Shown in pieces: positions 9,249 to 18,614 of a stretch of DNA of 64,000 nucleotides. The stretch is taken from positions 1 through 64,000 of the IMG/VR virus record IMGVR_UViG_3300010412_000004. One strand, written 5' to 3'. The notes under the pieces are model-generated. The model ran no database searches, was not told where the DNA came from, and worked only from the letters and a program-made list of their open reading frames with translations. The stretch is from a virus. The number at the start of each line of letters is the position of its first letter. Position 1 is the stretch's first letter. A program made the position numbers and the translations under genes.

Positions 9249-10167
9249 GAAGTATCTCCTCTATCATCTCTTTAATTTCAGATTCCACCTTATTAGTATT
9301 GATAAAAGAATAAAGATTCTTTTTGAAGTTTACTCCTTCGAGTTCTGTATCCTCTTTAAGACCTTCAACAAAGGCCAACAGTTGCTCATTTTTTTCTTTT
9401 TCCTCCTCAATCTCATCTATCTTCATCACTTCTTGAATAGGAGTTGCTCCTAAGGATGCTTTAACAGCTTCCCTTGTTTCTGTATCATACATCCATATGC
9501 AGGGGTCATGGCTTATTTGATCTATTGTGGACCTCATTAGGGATCCACAATTTATTAACCATCTATCGTCTTTTTTATAATAGAAACTCTTATGATTATC
9601 CCCGGTCACTATTAGATCAAATTTAGTTCTTTTTAGAAGAAGATCTCCTTTTTCATAGTCCGTCTGACCTTCCCAGAGTTTTTCATCTATAACCATTCTA
9701 TGTGTTACCCATATATGAATGAAATCAGGAAAATCTTTTATCTCAGGAATATCCTCATTCCATCCTGATCCATAGAATATTATTCTACTCCCTGGATCTA
9801 TTAGTATTCTAGGTTCAGTAGGTCCTAAAATATTGATGGCTTTAGAGGATATAAGTACCCCCATTGGAGTATTTCTAATGTCTGAGTTATGATATCTCAT
9901 ATCATGTTGACCAGGAACAGTCAATATGGTTATATTATCATTTAATTTAGAATTTAGAAACTTTTCAATATAAGATGATTTGAGTATATCAGGAGATCTG
10001 AATGAGTCAAACATATCTCCAGGCTGTAGAATATAGGGACATCTATAATTGACAGCTGAGCCCACTATGCGGGCAATTTTTCGGACCTGAGTAGAAGGGT
10101 AATCATCAATCCTATTCCTTGGAGTTTTATCAGTTAGGTGCCAATCACCTGTTATCAGAATTTTCAT
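9232..10167 (-). CDS. Mre11/SbcD/gp47-like metallophosphoesterase nuclease
   Basis: MKILITGDWH, PGDMFD, VPGQHD, GDNH, NCGSL; start moved to ATG 10167. Confidence 0.9.
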   Translation of the reverse strand: MKILITGDWHLTDKTPRNRIDDYPSTQVRKIARIVGSAVNYRCPYILQPGDMFDSFRSPDILKSSYIEKFLNSKLNDNITILTVPGQHDMRYHNSDIRNTPMGVLISSKAINILGPTEPRILIDPGSRIIFYGSGWNEDIPEIKDFPDFIHIWVTHRMVIDEKLWEGQTDYEKGDLLLKRTKFDLIVTGDNHKSFYYKKDDRWLINCGSLMRSTIDQISHDPCIWMYDTETREAVKASLGATPIQEVMKIDEIEEEKEKNEQLLAFVEGLKEDTELEGVNFKKNLYSFINTNKVESEIKEMIEEILHGNFG

Positions 10168-10435
10168 CCGTAGCCTTTGGGGGTTCAGTAGAGGTTGTGG
10201 TGGAACTGCTCGAAAATGTCGTAGGGGATACACCTAAAGTTCCATCAGTCCATCCTTCCCAGTACCCACGTAGGTAATCATTCGAAAAAAAGAATCTACA
10301 CTTTTTACATCTATGGAAAGTTTCTATTGTGGTAGTAAAGAATAAATCCCCAGGAAAACGGGTGAAACTTTTCCTCTCTTTATTCTTAAGGTCACCATTA
10401 CAATATGGGCATTTTCCTGGAATTTTATCTGTCAT
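10145..10435 (-). CDS. Small Zn-ribbon protein with Ser/Thr-rich tail
   Basis: CPYC and CKKC; ends SPTTFSSSSTTTSTEPPK... Confidence 0.65.
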   Translation of the reverse strand: MTDKIPGKCPYCNGDLKNKERKSFTRFPGDLFFTTTIETFHRCKKCRFFFSNDYLRGYWEGWTDGTLGVSPTTFSSSSTTTSTEPPKATDENSDNR

Positions 10436-10469
10436 TCTTTTTACCTTTCTTGGCTAGATTAGACCGTCG

Positions 10470-11390
10470 TCACCAAGGTCTTTTACAAAGGGGACAGACC
10501 CCTTCACTTTTTAAAAGATTGTCATATTTTGATTGTAATTTTTTAACGTGTTCATCTAGTGAATTCTTAACGAACGTCAAGTCTTTTATAGTATTAACAG
10601 CATTTTTTAACTGCCTTAACTGCTCTTCCTTTTCTTTATACATTCCAATACGGTTTTTTAGTGCATCAAATTTTTCTTTTACCTTCAACCAATTAGTGAT
10701 TTCTTTAATATTGTTTTTATACCCACTAACCTTGTCCAGTGATTCTTTAAGTATTAATACCTTGGACATCTGGTTATTAAACTCTATATAATTCTCTTTT
10801 ATATGAACTACAATAGGTTCCACCTTTTCAAGGTATTTGTATTTGAGAAGTTCTTCAGATTTTTTGTTTCTATCCTCCACAATCATTTTTATTTTTATTT
10901 CGGTATCTGATATTATCTTTTTGGCTCTTTTAAGCACTTCTCCAATTATCTCTAGTCCTGCTATTTTATTGAGTTCCTCGGCTATTTTTCCAGGTGTCTC
11001 TTGTAGCAGGAAGTATCTACTGTCTTGACCATGGAGATTAACTTCTCCCATTTTAGTTACATCATTCACCTCTTTGGGAATATCTGTTCTTACTGCCTGA
11101 AGTGGTCCGTCTATTCCAGATACTTCATACTCGTTTTTATTTGGTCCTCTCCTTCTATACACAAATCCATCAGAGAACTCTATACCTACACTCACTTCAT
11201 CATTTTTATCTGCAAAGGTACTTTTGAAGGATTCACCAAGAGGTCTGTTCATCAATGCCCAGCGTATGGCTCTCCATATACTGGATTTACCTCCATGGGA
11301 GGATCCCTTTATTACGTTTACACCAGGAGACAGTTCTAAAACGGTGTGTTTATGAGGTTGGTAATTCTTTATTTCGATAGTTTCAATCAT
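10470..11390 (-). CDS. Rad50/SbcC-like ATPase, N-terminal half ending at the zinc hook
   Basis: IEIKNYQPH, Walker A GSSHGGKSS, Q-loop HGQ, coiled coil, terminal CPLC. Confidence 0.9.
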   Translation of the reverse strand: MIETIEIKNYQPHKHTVLELSPGVNVIKGSSHGGKSSIWRAIRWALMNRPLGESFKSTFADKNDEVSVGIEFSDGFVYRRRGPNKNEYEVSGIDGPLQAVRTDIPKEVNDVTKMGEVNLHGQDSRYFLLQETPGKIAEELNKIAGLEIIGEVLKRAKKIISDTEIKIKMIVEDRNKKSEELLKYKYLEKVEPIVVHIKENYIEFNNQMSKVLILKESLDKVSGYKNNIKEITNWLKVKEKFDALKNRIGMYKEKEEQLRQLKNAVNTIKDLTFVKNSLDEHVKKLQSKYDNLLKSEGVCPLCKRPW

Positions 11391-11531
11391 TGAGTGATAT
11401 ATGCTTTCCTTGCTTTATATTGAATTTTACGTTCTTTATCATTTACAGTGCCACCATTCATTTTTATCCTTGCAAGTGCCCATTTATTCCTTCTGAGTAT
11501 CCTCCGAGCTGTTTTCAATTTCTTGAATGGT

Positions 11532-11864
11532 TTAATCCTTTTCATCAGATTTCTCCCTAATCCTTCTCTCGTTTTTAGTTACCAATTGTTTTATTCTTTC
11601 CTCTACATCTGATAGAAGAGTCAACGCCTCACCTAGTTTAACTGTGAGTTGTATCACTTGTACGTTCATAGTTTGGACAATTATTACTGGTTTTTCTCTA
11701 AATACATCAGCCATATCATCAGATACATTCATTACTTGACTTATTGATTTACGGGTTGGAACTCCAGATTGGGTAGCACTTCTCTCAACCATGTCAAGAG
11801 CACGTTGAATAGTTCCACGTAATTTCCTACATTTGGTCTGGACTGAGCTTAGATAGTTTGGCAT
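11532..11864 (-). CDS. Hypothetical protein
   Basis: ORF with RBS, co-oriented with neighbours. Confidence 0.55.
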   Translation of the reverse strand: MPNYLSSVQTKCRKLRGTIQRALDMVERSATQSGVPTRKSISQVMNVSDDMADVFREKPVIIVQTMNVQVIQLTVKLGEALTLLSDVEERIKQLVTKNERRIREKSDEKD

Positions 11865-11880
11865 TCTCTACCATTTCTCC

Positions 11881-12162
11881 TCATTGATTAAAAGAAAACA
11901 GCCTTCTTGCTCTCCTAACGGGTTCTATCGAAACTCTTTGAGCCCTTTTAGTTTTTCGGGGTGTTGGTTTATCTTTTTTAAGAGCAGATTTCGAGTAGCT
12001 AAGAAAGAACTCATACTCTTGAACACAAGGATAAGATAAGCCATCAACTTCGTGACCTTTTTCACACTCACGAGTCCTTTTGTAATTGGTTTCTTCCAGC
12101 ACATCATTAGGATTTAACCAATGTCTACATTCTGAGCAGAGGTATCCTCTTTTTTCTTCCAT
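11881..12162 (-). CDS. Hypothetical Cys-rich protein
   Basis: CSECRH plus two further Cys. Confidence 0.55.
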   Translation of the reverse strand: MEEKRGYLCSECRHWLNPNDVLEETNYKRTRECEKGHEVDGLSYPCVQEYEFFLSYSKSALKKDKPTPRKTKRAQRVSIEPVRRARRLFSFNQ

Positions 12163-12425
12163 AATTGGATTACATTATTTTTATGAGACTCAAAAAAATC
12201 TTTCTCTTTTTTCCAGAGATTATATACGTCTCTAATTGGTAGTTCTATATCCTTAGAGACTAAACATAAAATAATTAAATCATTGAAGTTTCCAACTTCA
12301 TTTAGGACAAAAATCATATCGTTTGGCTTTTGTCCGTAAATAAAGGAGAGTGAGGATACCGTCCTACAAAATAGTTTCTCTGTTTCCTCTTCTGACAACA
12401 CCTCAAATTCTTCTGAAGGTTCCAC
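12114..12425 (-). CDS. Hypothetical protein
   Basis: aaggag RBS; downstream of the promoter at 12471-12507. Confidence 0.55.
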   Translation of the reverse strand: MEPSEEFEVLSEEETEKLFCRTVSSLSFIYGQKPNDMIFVLNEVGNFNDLIILCLVSKDIELPIRDVYNLWKKEKDFFESHKNNVIQLWKKKEDTSAQNVDIG

Positions 12426-12470
12426 TTTGTTCTCCTTTCAATAGGATAGTTAAGTTCTTGAAATAATTAA

Positions 12471-12507
12471 ATATTATTACTATCCTATAGTAAACACAAG
12501 ATAAATT
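12471..12507 (-). promoter_or_regulatory. Sigma70-type promoter of the AATTTATC-TTG family
   Basis: AATTTATC TTGTGT-17-TAATAT. Confidence 0.65.
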
Positions 12508-12508
12508 T

Positions 12509-13027
12509 TTAGGTTCTTTTCACTCTTTTTATTCTGTCTTGAAACTCTATCATCTCTTTTATCGGCTTATCCTTTTCGTATATCATCATAGCCAGACCAA
12601 AAGCATCACAAAGATTATTATCATTAAATGTGATACTCCATCTCTTGAAGGTGTGGAGTAGCATAAGTTCTTTTTTAGATCCTTTTCCTCTGGGTTGACT
12701 ACCTATCACATATTTCTTTAATTGGGAAGGAGGTGTAACAATGTAAGGAATCTTTAATGCTGTAAATCTTGCTCTAAAATAATAATGGAGTCCTCCAATC
12801 TCAAGTATTTTACCTACTCTTTTTCCAAAGGCAAGACCTTCTATGTTTATCATCTGTATTTTTGAATCAATAACAATCTGTATTACCTCATTAAATATAG
12901 ATAATATCCTTTTCTCCCACCCTTCATCTTTTGAAGAACTTATGAGTTTGGAGGTAAAGATAAGACCCTCATCATCCAGTAGCACTATTCCTGTTCCAGT
13001 GTAACTCAAATCTAATCCTACATACAT
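12509..13027 (-). CDS. ruvC: RuvC-like Holliday junction resolvase
   Basis: GLDLSYTGTG, IEG, PSQLKK, CDAFGLA. Confidence 0.85.
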   Translation of the reverse strand: MYVGLDLSYTGTGIVLLDDEGLIFTSKLISSSKDEGWEKRILSIFNEVIQIVIDSKIQMINIEGLAFGKRVGKILEIGGLHYYFRARFTALKIPYIVTPPSQLKKYVIGSQPRGKGSKKELMLLHTFKRWSITFNDNNLCDAFGLAMMIYEKDKPIKEMIEFQDRIKRVKRT

Positions 13028-13215
13028 TCTGTAATCCTTAATTTATAGCTCTTAGCCATTTTATACCCAGTCCATCCCCAAAGTAGACCACATTTTTCAC
13101 ATTTGATTTTGAATCCTACACTTTTACTATTGATGAATGTATGCCTTTTTGCCTCTTTTAATATTGGTCGATGGCATCTACACGTAGGAGGTGGTAAATA
13201 TTTTCCAGGTTTCAA
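13018..13215 (-). CDS. Small Zn-finger-like protein
   Basis: CRC and CEKC; overlaps both neighbours. Confidence 0.45.
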   Translation of the reverse strand: MKPGKYLPPPTCRCHRPILKEAKRHTFINSKSVGFKIKCEKCGLLWGWTGYKMAKSYKLRITECM

Positions 13216-14035
13216 GTCTCTTTCCTTTCAATAAACTATACATTCCATAATTTTCGCATACTCTAAATATGGTGTCAAGATCCAATTTTTTGAATTCTAG
13301 ATTTGGAATCATGGTACCTCTAAATGGTAGTTTTACGAGTTTTTCATTTTTTTCGATTATTTGTTTTGATTGATATATATTCTGAAGATATTTTCCAGTT
13401 AATTTTCCTTTGAGATATTGTATTGCTCTGGTGGTTCCTATTCCAGGAACACCAGTAACTCCATCCCCAGGACATCCTGCTAGTTTTTTCACTTCCGCCC
13501 ATAGAAAAGGACTTATATGATATTCTTTCTCAAAATCTTGTCCACTATAAAGTACCTTAGTTTTTAACTTCCACATATCACAGTGGTTTAATAATTGGAA
13601 AAGGTCATTATCGTCACTCGCTACTACAAAGTAGGGATGCTTATGATTAATAACGATACTCGCAATGATGTCATCGGCTTCCATACCTGTCTGTATAAAT
13701 ATGTTTTTAAATCCTAGGTTAGGCAAAACCCTAGTTCTAATTTCCCCAAACTGTTGAAAGGCACACTGGTCGATTTCTTTTTGCTCCTCTGTTCTTTCCT
13801 TTTCATGGCGTTTCTTTTTGTACTCAGGACAGATTCTTTTTCTGAAGGACATTCCACTATCCCATGTGAAGATGAATTTGTTGGTTTCAAATTTAGAGGC
13901 TAAGGTCAAAAGTCTGTCAAGAAATCCGAAGATTACACCAGTGTGCCTTTCTTCCCAGGTAAGACCTCCAAACGCATACCTGGTAGAGTGACAGATGGCA
14001 TGGCAATCTAATATGAGTATATAATCAGTAGGCAT
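13178..14035 (-). CDS. 5'-3' exonuclease / flap endonuclease
   Basis: ILDCH, FRK..PEYK..R, EADDII, SDDNDL.QL, HhH motif GVPGIG. Confidence 0.9.
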   Translation of the reverse strand: MPTDYILILDCHAICHSTRYAFGGLTWEERHTGVIFGFLDRLLTLASKFETNKFIFTWDSGMSFRKRICPEYKKKRHEKERTEEQKEIDQCAFQQFGEIRTRVLPNLGFKNIFIQTGMEADDIIASIVINHKHPYFVVASDDNDLFQLLNHCDMWKLKTKVLYSGQDFEKEYHISPFLWAEVKKLAGCPGDGVTGVPGIGTTRAIQYLKGKLTGKYLQNIYQSKQIIEKNEKLVKLPFRGTMIPNLEFKKLDLDTIFRVCENYGMYSLLKGKRLETWKIFTTSYV

Positions 14036-15171
14036 TATCTTATTTTTCTTTTTCTTCTTCCTTTATCTTTAAATGCATCTTCAATTTCTTCCCAAAGATC
14101 AATCACATTATTTTTGATCATATCCTCTAGGTTATGACTCTCCACATAGTGGATTGCAAACTCTATAGATTGATATGATTTTCCATCCCCACATTGGTAT
14201 ACTGAGTCACCTGTCATATCTTTTAACCATTGTAGGTTGGCTCTCACATCATCCAATCCATAACCAAAAACTATGCTGAAGGGAGCATCACGATGGGGGT
14301 CATCCTTAGAATTTTTTACTACTCTAGCCACACAGTTGATCCCTATCGTTTTGGTTACCTCCTTATTTTTAGCTCCTACCTTAACTGTTTTAGTGATAAA
14401 GTTCTCTTTGTTTTTATTTATCTGACGGGCGGTTAAAATCCTGATGCGTATTGAAGACCAAAAAGGTATTCCCTTACCTCCAGGTGTAAAATCTCCACTT
14501 TCACCTGTTCTTATTTGGTTGGTACACACCAGAGTTTTGTATCCTCCCTCCGCGAGTATCACACCTACTTTTCGTAATCCTTCAGAGAACTCTTTAGCTC
14601 TACGCATACCCATCTTATCTCCTTTGTCACTCATCTCTAAATCTGTGGTAAGAGCGGCTAAGGAGTCTGTTCCATAGATGTTTACGGTTTCTTTGTTAGA
14701 CGGGTTCCAAGCTCGTATATCATCAAAAACTTCATGGACATAATGTGGTCTAGAATAGTTATCCCCTTCTAAAGATACTCCATAGATTTCAGCATACTCT
14801 CGGTCGAGTCTTCCTTCAGGATCACGAAACCTAACTTCTCCTCCTGCAGACTGAGCACACCCACAGATTTCAGCCAATAAGGCCGTCTTTCCTAGACCAG
14901 ACTCACCAAAAATCTCTACAATTACCCCTCCTGGTAGTCCTCCTCCTCTCCTTCTACCCCCAAATATGGCTTGGTCAAGAAGTGTGGATCCAGTAGAGAT
15001 TGTAAGGTCAGGTTTGTATTTGGGTTTAGGTGGTTCAGATTTAACTGATTCAGAGTAGGCCGTAGCTGTCTCTTTAGGAGTAGGTTCAGCGGTGTCTTGT
15101 GAAGACTCCTCTATGGCAGTTTCTTGTGGAGGACTCTCTTCTGATGAGGTTCTCCTTCTTAGTAGAACCAT
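14035..15171 (-). CDS. recA: RecA/UvsX-like recombinase
   Basis: ISTGS.LLD.A, VEIFGESGLGKT, DSLAAL, NQIR, TPGGKG. Confidence 0.9.
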   Translation of the reverse strand: MVLLRRRTSSEESPPQETAIEESSQDTAEPTPKETATAYSESVKSEPPKPKYKPDLTISTGSTLLDQAIFGGRRRGGGLPGGVIVEIFGESGLGKTALLAEICGCAQSAGGEVRFRDPEGRLDREYAEIYGVSLEGDNYSRPHYVHEVFDDIRAWNPSNKETVNIYGTDSLAALTTDLEMSDKGDKMGMRRAKEFSEGLRKVGVILAEGGYKTLVCTNQIRTGESGDFTPGGKGIPFWSSIRIRILTARQINKNKENFITKTVKVGAKNKEVTKTIGINCVARVVKNSKDDPHRDAPFSIVFGYGLDDVRANLQWLKDMTGDSVYQCGDGKSYQSIEFAIHYVESHNLEDMIKNNVIDLWEEIEDAFKDKGRRKRKIR

Positions 15172-15183
15172 AATTTCCTCCTT

Positions 15184-16254
15184 TTACTTATTAAGTTGTT
15201 CAGCCTTTAGAGCACAATCATCCCATACTTTACAGGTACCACAATGGGACAGTTGTTCAATATCTACTCCAAAAGTGCCTCCTCCTGGACATTCAGTATC
15301 CGACGAGGATTTCTCTTTTGGTTCTTCCTTGTTTACAGGCGGCTTTCGTGGCCTTCGAGTAGGAGCCTCTTCTTTGGTATCTTCATGCCATGGAGGAGAA
15401 TCCTCTTCCTTTTTTGTGGGTTCTGATTTAGGAATCCTTCTCCTTTTGGTATCCACTCTATCTGAGGTAGGTTCTGGACTCTCATCTCCTGTTTCGGTTC
15501 GTGAAGGCATCCTTCTACCCCAATACATTTTTTCCAGCTCTTCATAGGACAATACTTCGATGTAATCATCAAGACTAATACCTTCATCAAGCGTTTCGTC
15601 CGCAATGGTATAGTCCCTATCTAAAAACTGGTGTGCTACAAATTCTGTATTGGTTTGTCCTGTCCCCTTTCTTTTGAAGTATATTTGTTTTCCTTCATCT
15701 GGATCAGCGAAAAGGACAAACCCTCCTGACCTAGGTTTTTTAGCCAATTCAGCTATGTGTTTTTCCATAAAGAAGTGAGCAACGTCCCATATTTGAACTC
15801 CTTTTTCTTCCTCCGCTGAACTATCATAGCATACAATTTGGTAAATACTTCTTCTCTTAGGGGAGATATCCTTTATAGAGTCATCAGAAAAGGACTCGTC
15901 CTTCCTCTTTTCGTTAATGTCCTCACAGATAGGGCAGGGTTTACCATAATTTCGTGAAGGGCATACAATGGTATTCTCGTCTGGTCCTATTCCCCTATGG
16001 ACCCATACGTCAAGAACATATACCAATTCACCTTTTACTACATCAGGATAGTTCTTAGTTGGATAATTATCTCCTGACAACCAGGGTATAATGTCAATGG
16101 TATGCTCTCCTTCTCCACACTTCCAAAACTTCAACCTTTTGTCGGTTGTTTTGAAGATATTGCCAAACCTTCCTGAGTCATCTTTTTTATCGTAACTCTC
16201 TTGGCTTCTCTTCAATAGGTCATCCCTTAAGGATTTTCTACTTCTAATTGACAT
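15184..16254 (-). CDS. Single-stranded DNA-binding protein (T4 gp32-like)
   Basis: WVH...VCP...GKPCPIC zinc site, DPDEGK, acidic tail; adjacent to recA. Confidence 0.75.
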   Translation of the reverse strand: MSIRSRKSLRDDLLKRSQESYDKKDDSGRFGNIFKTTDKRLKFWKCGEGEHTIDIIPWLSGDNYPTKNYPDVVKGELVYVLDVWVHRGIGPDENTIVCPSRNYGKPCPICEDINEKRKDESFSDDSIKDISPKRRSIYQIVCYDSSAEEEKGVQIWDVAHFFMEKHIAELAKKPRSGGFVLFADPDEGKQIYFKRKGTGQTNTEFVAHQFLDRDYTIADETLDEGISLDDYIEVLSYEELEKMYWGRRMPSRTETGDESPEPTSDRVDTKRRRIPKSEPTKKEEDSPPWHEDTKEEAPTRRPRKPPVNKEEPKEKSSSDTECPGGGTFGVDIEQLSHCGTCKVWDDCALKAEQLNK

Positions 16255-16264
16255 GATTTCCTCC

Positions 16265-16783
16265 TTACTTTGTGGTTTTGAGTTGTCGCCTTCTCAGTCT
16301 TGGATTATTTTGTAACCCTTCTCTTGTTGCTTGTGATACTTGTTTTTCTAAAAATTCTTCCTTTTGTCTATCTGTTACATGAACATCCTCGGCATAATAA
16401 TTTGCCAGAAATAATCTGGTAAGATACTCTAGACTTGATTTCTTATGTTGGGCGGCCCATACCGCTCCTTGTAATATATTTACAGCTCTTTCGGCCTCAT
16501 TTAATTGATTTAGTGAGTCTTGGTACTCAGATTGTGTTATAGCTTTACTTAGAATAGAGGCATCAGTGAGCTTTCCCATATCATATGAGTGGGGGTTTAC
16601 CCTGATGTCCTCCATTATTTCAGACCGCCTAAGATCAAATTTAGCCTTCAGTTTATCCCTTTCTCTTATTGCATCTGCCAGCTTCATTGAATAATTAAAG
16701 TAGAGTCTAGGCTGCCTCATCCACTCTTCATCTAAATTATTTTTGTCTACGTCTAAATCATCATATATCATTTCAAATTCCAT
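16265..16783 (-). CDS. UvsY-like recombination mediator
   Basis: DLDVDKNNLDEEWMRQPRLY start, helical; adjacent to SSB and RecA. Start moved to ATG 16783. Confidence 0.6.
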   Translation of the reverse strand: MEFEMIYDDLDVDKNNLDEEWMRQPRLYFNYSMKLADAIRERDKLKAKFDLRRSEIMEDIRVNPHSYDMGKLTDASILSKAITQSEYQDSLNQLNEAERAVNILQGAVWAAQHKKSSLEYLTRLFLANYYAEDVHVTDRQKEEFLEKQVSQATREGLQNNPRLRRRQLKTTK

Positions 16784-16793
16784 TTTTAAAATC

Positions 16794-16869
16794 TGACAGG
16801 GTTCCTGGTCACGGTCCCTCTGATGGCCCGTATCCCCGGAACGGGTAGTTCCAACAGTGAACCCTATCA
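16794..16869 (-). ncRNA. Candidate structured cis-regulatory RNA
   Basis: GC-rich 76-nt segment closed by UGAUAGGGUUC/GAACCCUGUCA with two internal hairpins. Confidence 0.4.
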
Positions 16870-17076
16870 TTCCTTTTTGAGTTGAGTAAATTTGAGAAAA
16901 GATGCTCCATTAATTTCTATTGATACATTACCATCTTCGATTTTGACCTCAAACATACATCGTGGAAAATATAATTGATGGTTTTCTTTTATCACTCGAG
17001 TTAAGGACATAGGATAGTTAAAGATCTCTACACATCCTTCTCCTACTAAATTGTATCTATTATAGGGCATCTTCAT
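16867..17076 (-). CDS. Hypothetical protein
   Basis: ATGA overlap with dnaX. Confidence 0.5.
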   Translation of the reverse strand: MKMPYNRYNLVGEGCVEIFNYPMSLTRVIKENHQLYFPRCMFEVKIEDGNVSIEINGASFLKFTQLKKE

Positions 17077-18005
17077 AGTTTACATGCCAAATAAAGGTTG
17101 ACAGTTACCCCAGCCAGTTTGCCATGATTGAAACTGGGATCTAAGAATAAGGTTATCATCTCAGCTATTCTATCACTTGGTTTGTTGAGCATCACAGTGG
17201 TTAGATAATTAAGTATACCAACCCTAATTTGTTCCTGCTCTGCATCTACATATTTAAGTAATTTTGCCATCTCTTTAAATTTGTCACCACCAGGAGCGAT
17301 TAATAATTGACATATATCCCTTAAGGAGGTATCTGAGATGTATCCATCTTGGACACCTTTGAGCCTATCTTCAGGTTTAAGATCAATGATTTGATCTAAG
17401 GTTCTAACCGCACATCTACAACTTCCCTCACTCACCCTAGCTATCTCTCTTAATACTTCATCATCTATATCTGCCTTTTCTTTAGAGCATATATCTCTGA
17501 GAAGTTTAATGATTCTAAAGCTAGGTAAGGATTTCATCTCGAAGGTATGACACCTACCTCTAATTGTGTCCAACAACTTTTGAGGATCAGTGGTGCAGAG
17601 AGCAAAGTAGACAAATGAAGGAGGGTGCTCAAGTAAACGTAGGAGGGCGTTTTGGGCATCATTAGTTAGTTTATGACACTCATCCAATATATAGAATTTT
17701 ACATTTCCTCCCATTGGTCTGAAGTTTACTTTCTGTCCTATTTCTCTAATGGTATCTATGCCTCTCGTGTTGGCTGTATCATAAAATTTAAAATCTATTT
17801 CGGCACACCCTAACATAGACTTTATGATTAAAGCCATTGTGGTTTTTCCTGTTCCACTTGGTCCTGTAAACAGAAGAGCATGGGGTAGACCTTTTTCTCT
17901 CTCCATAATAGCCTTTATGGATTTAACCACAGTTTCGTTGCCTATTATATCATCAAGTGTTTTAGGTCTATGTCTAACTTGTAAGCTATACTCTTCTGTA
18001 AACAT
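17073..18005 (-). CDS. dnaX: Clamp loader, DNA polymerase III gamma/tau-like
   Basis: HRPKTLDDIIG, GPSGTGKTT, ILDECHKLT..AQNALL, TIRGRC. Confidence 0.9.
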   Translation of the reverse strand: MFTEEYSLQVRHRPKTLDDIIGNETVVKSIKAIMEREKGLPHALLFTGPSGTGKTTMALIIKSMLGCAEIDFKFYDTANTRGIDTIREIGQKVNFRPMGGNVKFYILDECHKLTNDAQNALLRLLEHPPSFVYFALCTTDPQKLLDTIRGRCHTFEMKSLPSFRIIKLLRDICSKEKADIDDEVLREIARVSEGSCRCAVRTLDQIIDLKPEDRLKGVQDGYISDTSLRDICQLLIAPGGDKFKEMAKLLKYVDAEQEQIRVGILNYLTTVMLNKPSDRIAEMITLFLDPSFNHGKLAGVTVNLYLACKL

Positions 18006-18095
18006 TATAAATCCCTCAAAATTAAAGTCAATAGTGCTTCGATATTCAAACTATTTTTAAAAACTAATGTATTTGTATGCGTTAATTTTTTCCGT

Positions 18096-18548
18096 TTATA
18101 TGAGCCTTCTAATACCTAACAATCTTTCTCTATGATAAGGAGCCACGCTAACTCCATCAGATTGATTCCCACCAAGCACCCAAATTTTGTTTTCTTCTAA
18201 TCCAGAAAAGAATCCAACATGACCTGGAGCATCAAGCACCTCTGGACCTACACTACCATCCCCGCCACCTCTTTTTAGAATAACTACATCGTTTTTGGCC
18301 TCTGCTTTAATAGAGAGTATTGGTATGCCTACTGTTAACCAACTTCGAGCTCTCAGTGATTTAGATCTTGGAAGTCTAAGTAACCAAGCTATATAATTCA
18401 CAAAAGCTGAGCACCATGGCACCTCATCATGTTCTGGCCAATCACCATCAAGTTTGAGCATGGATAGAATTTGAGGATTGTCCTTCTTTCCAGGTATTTC
18501 TTGGATTCCCATAAAACGTAATGCCAAGTCATAGGCTGTTATTTCCAT
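18096..18548 (-). CDS. TIGR02594-like NlpC/P60 peptidoglycan hydrolase (putative endolysin)
   Basis: DEVPWCSAFVN, ARSW, GHVGF, VLGGNQ. Confidence 0.85.
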   Translation of the reverse strand: MEITAYDLALRFMGIQEIPGKKDNPQILSMLKLDGDWPEHDEVPWCSAFVNYIAWLLRLPRSKSLRARSWLTVGIPILSIKAEAKNDVVILKRGGGDGSVGPEVLDAPGHVGFFSGLEENKIWVLGGNQSDGVSVAPYHRERLLGIRRLI

Positions 18549-18614
18549 TATTTAATCCTCCTTGAGAATAAGATCATCTATTTCTACCTTTATAAATTTA
18601 TAGTAATTATTAAA

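Noticed and set aside
16784-16870. N-terminal extension of the UvsY-like ORF; also considered as a tRNA or hammerhead ribozyme
   Set aside because: GC-rich structured segment with no TTC T-loop or cloverleaf and no CUGANGA/GAAA core; kept only as an unclassified RNA candidate
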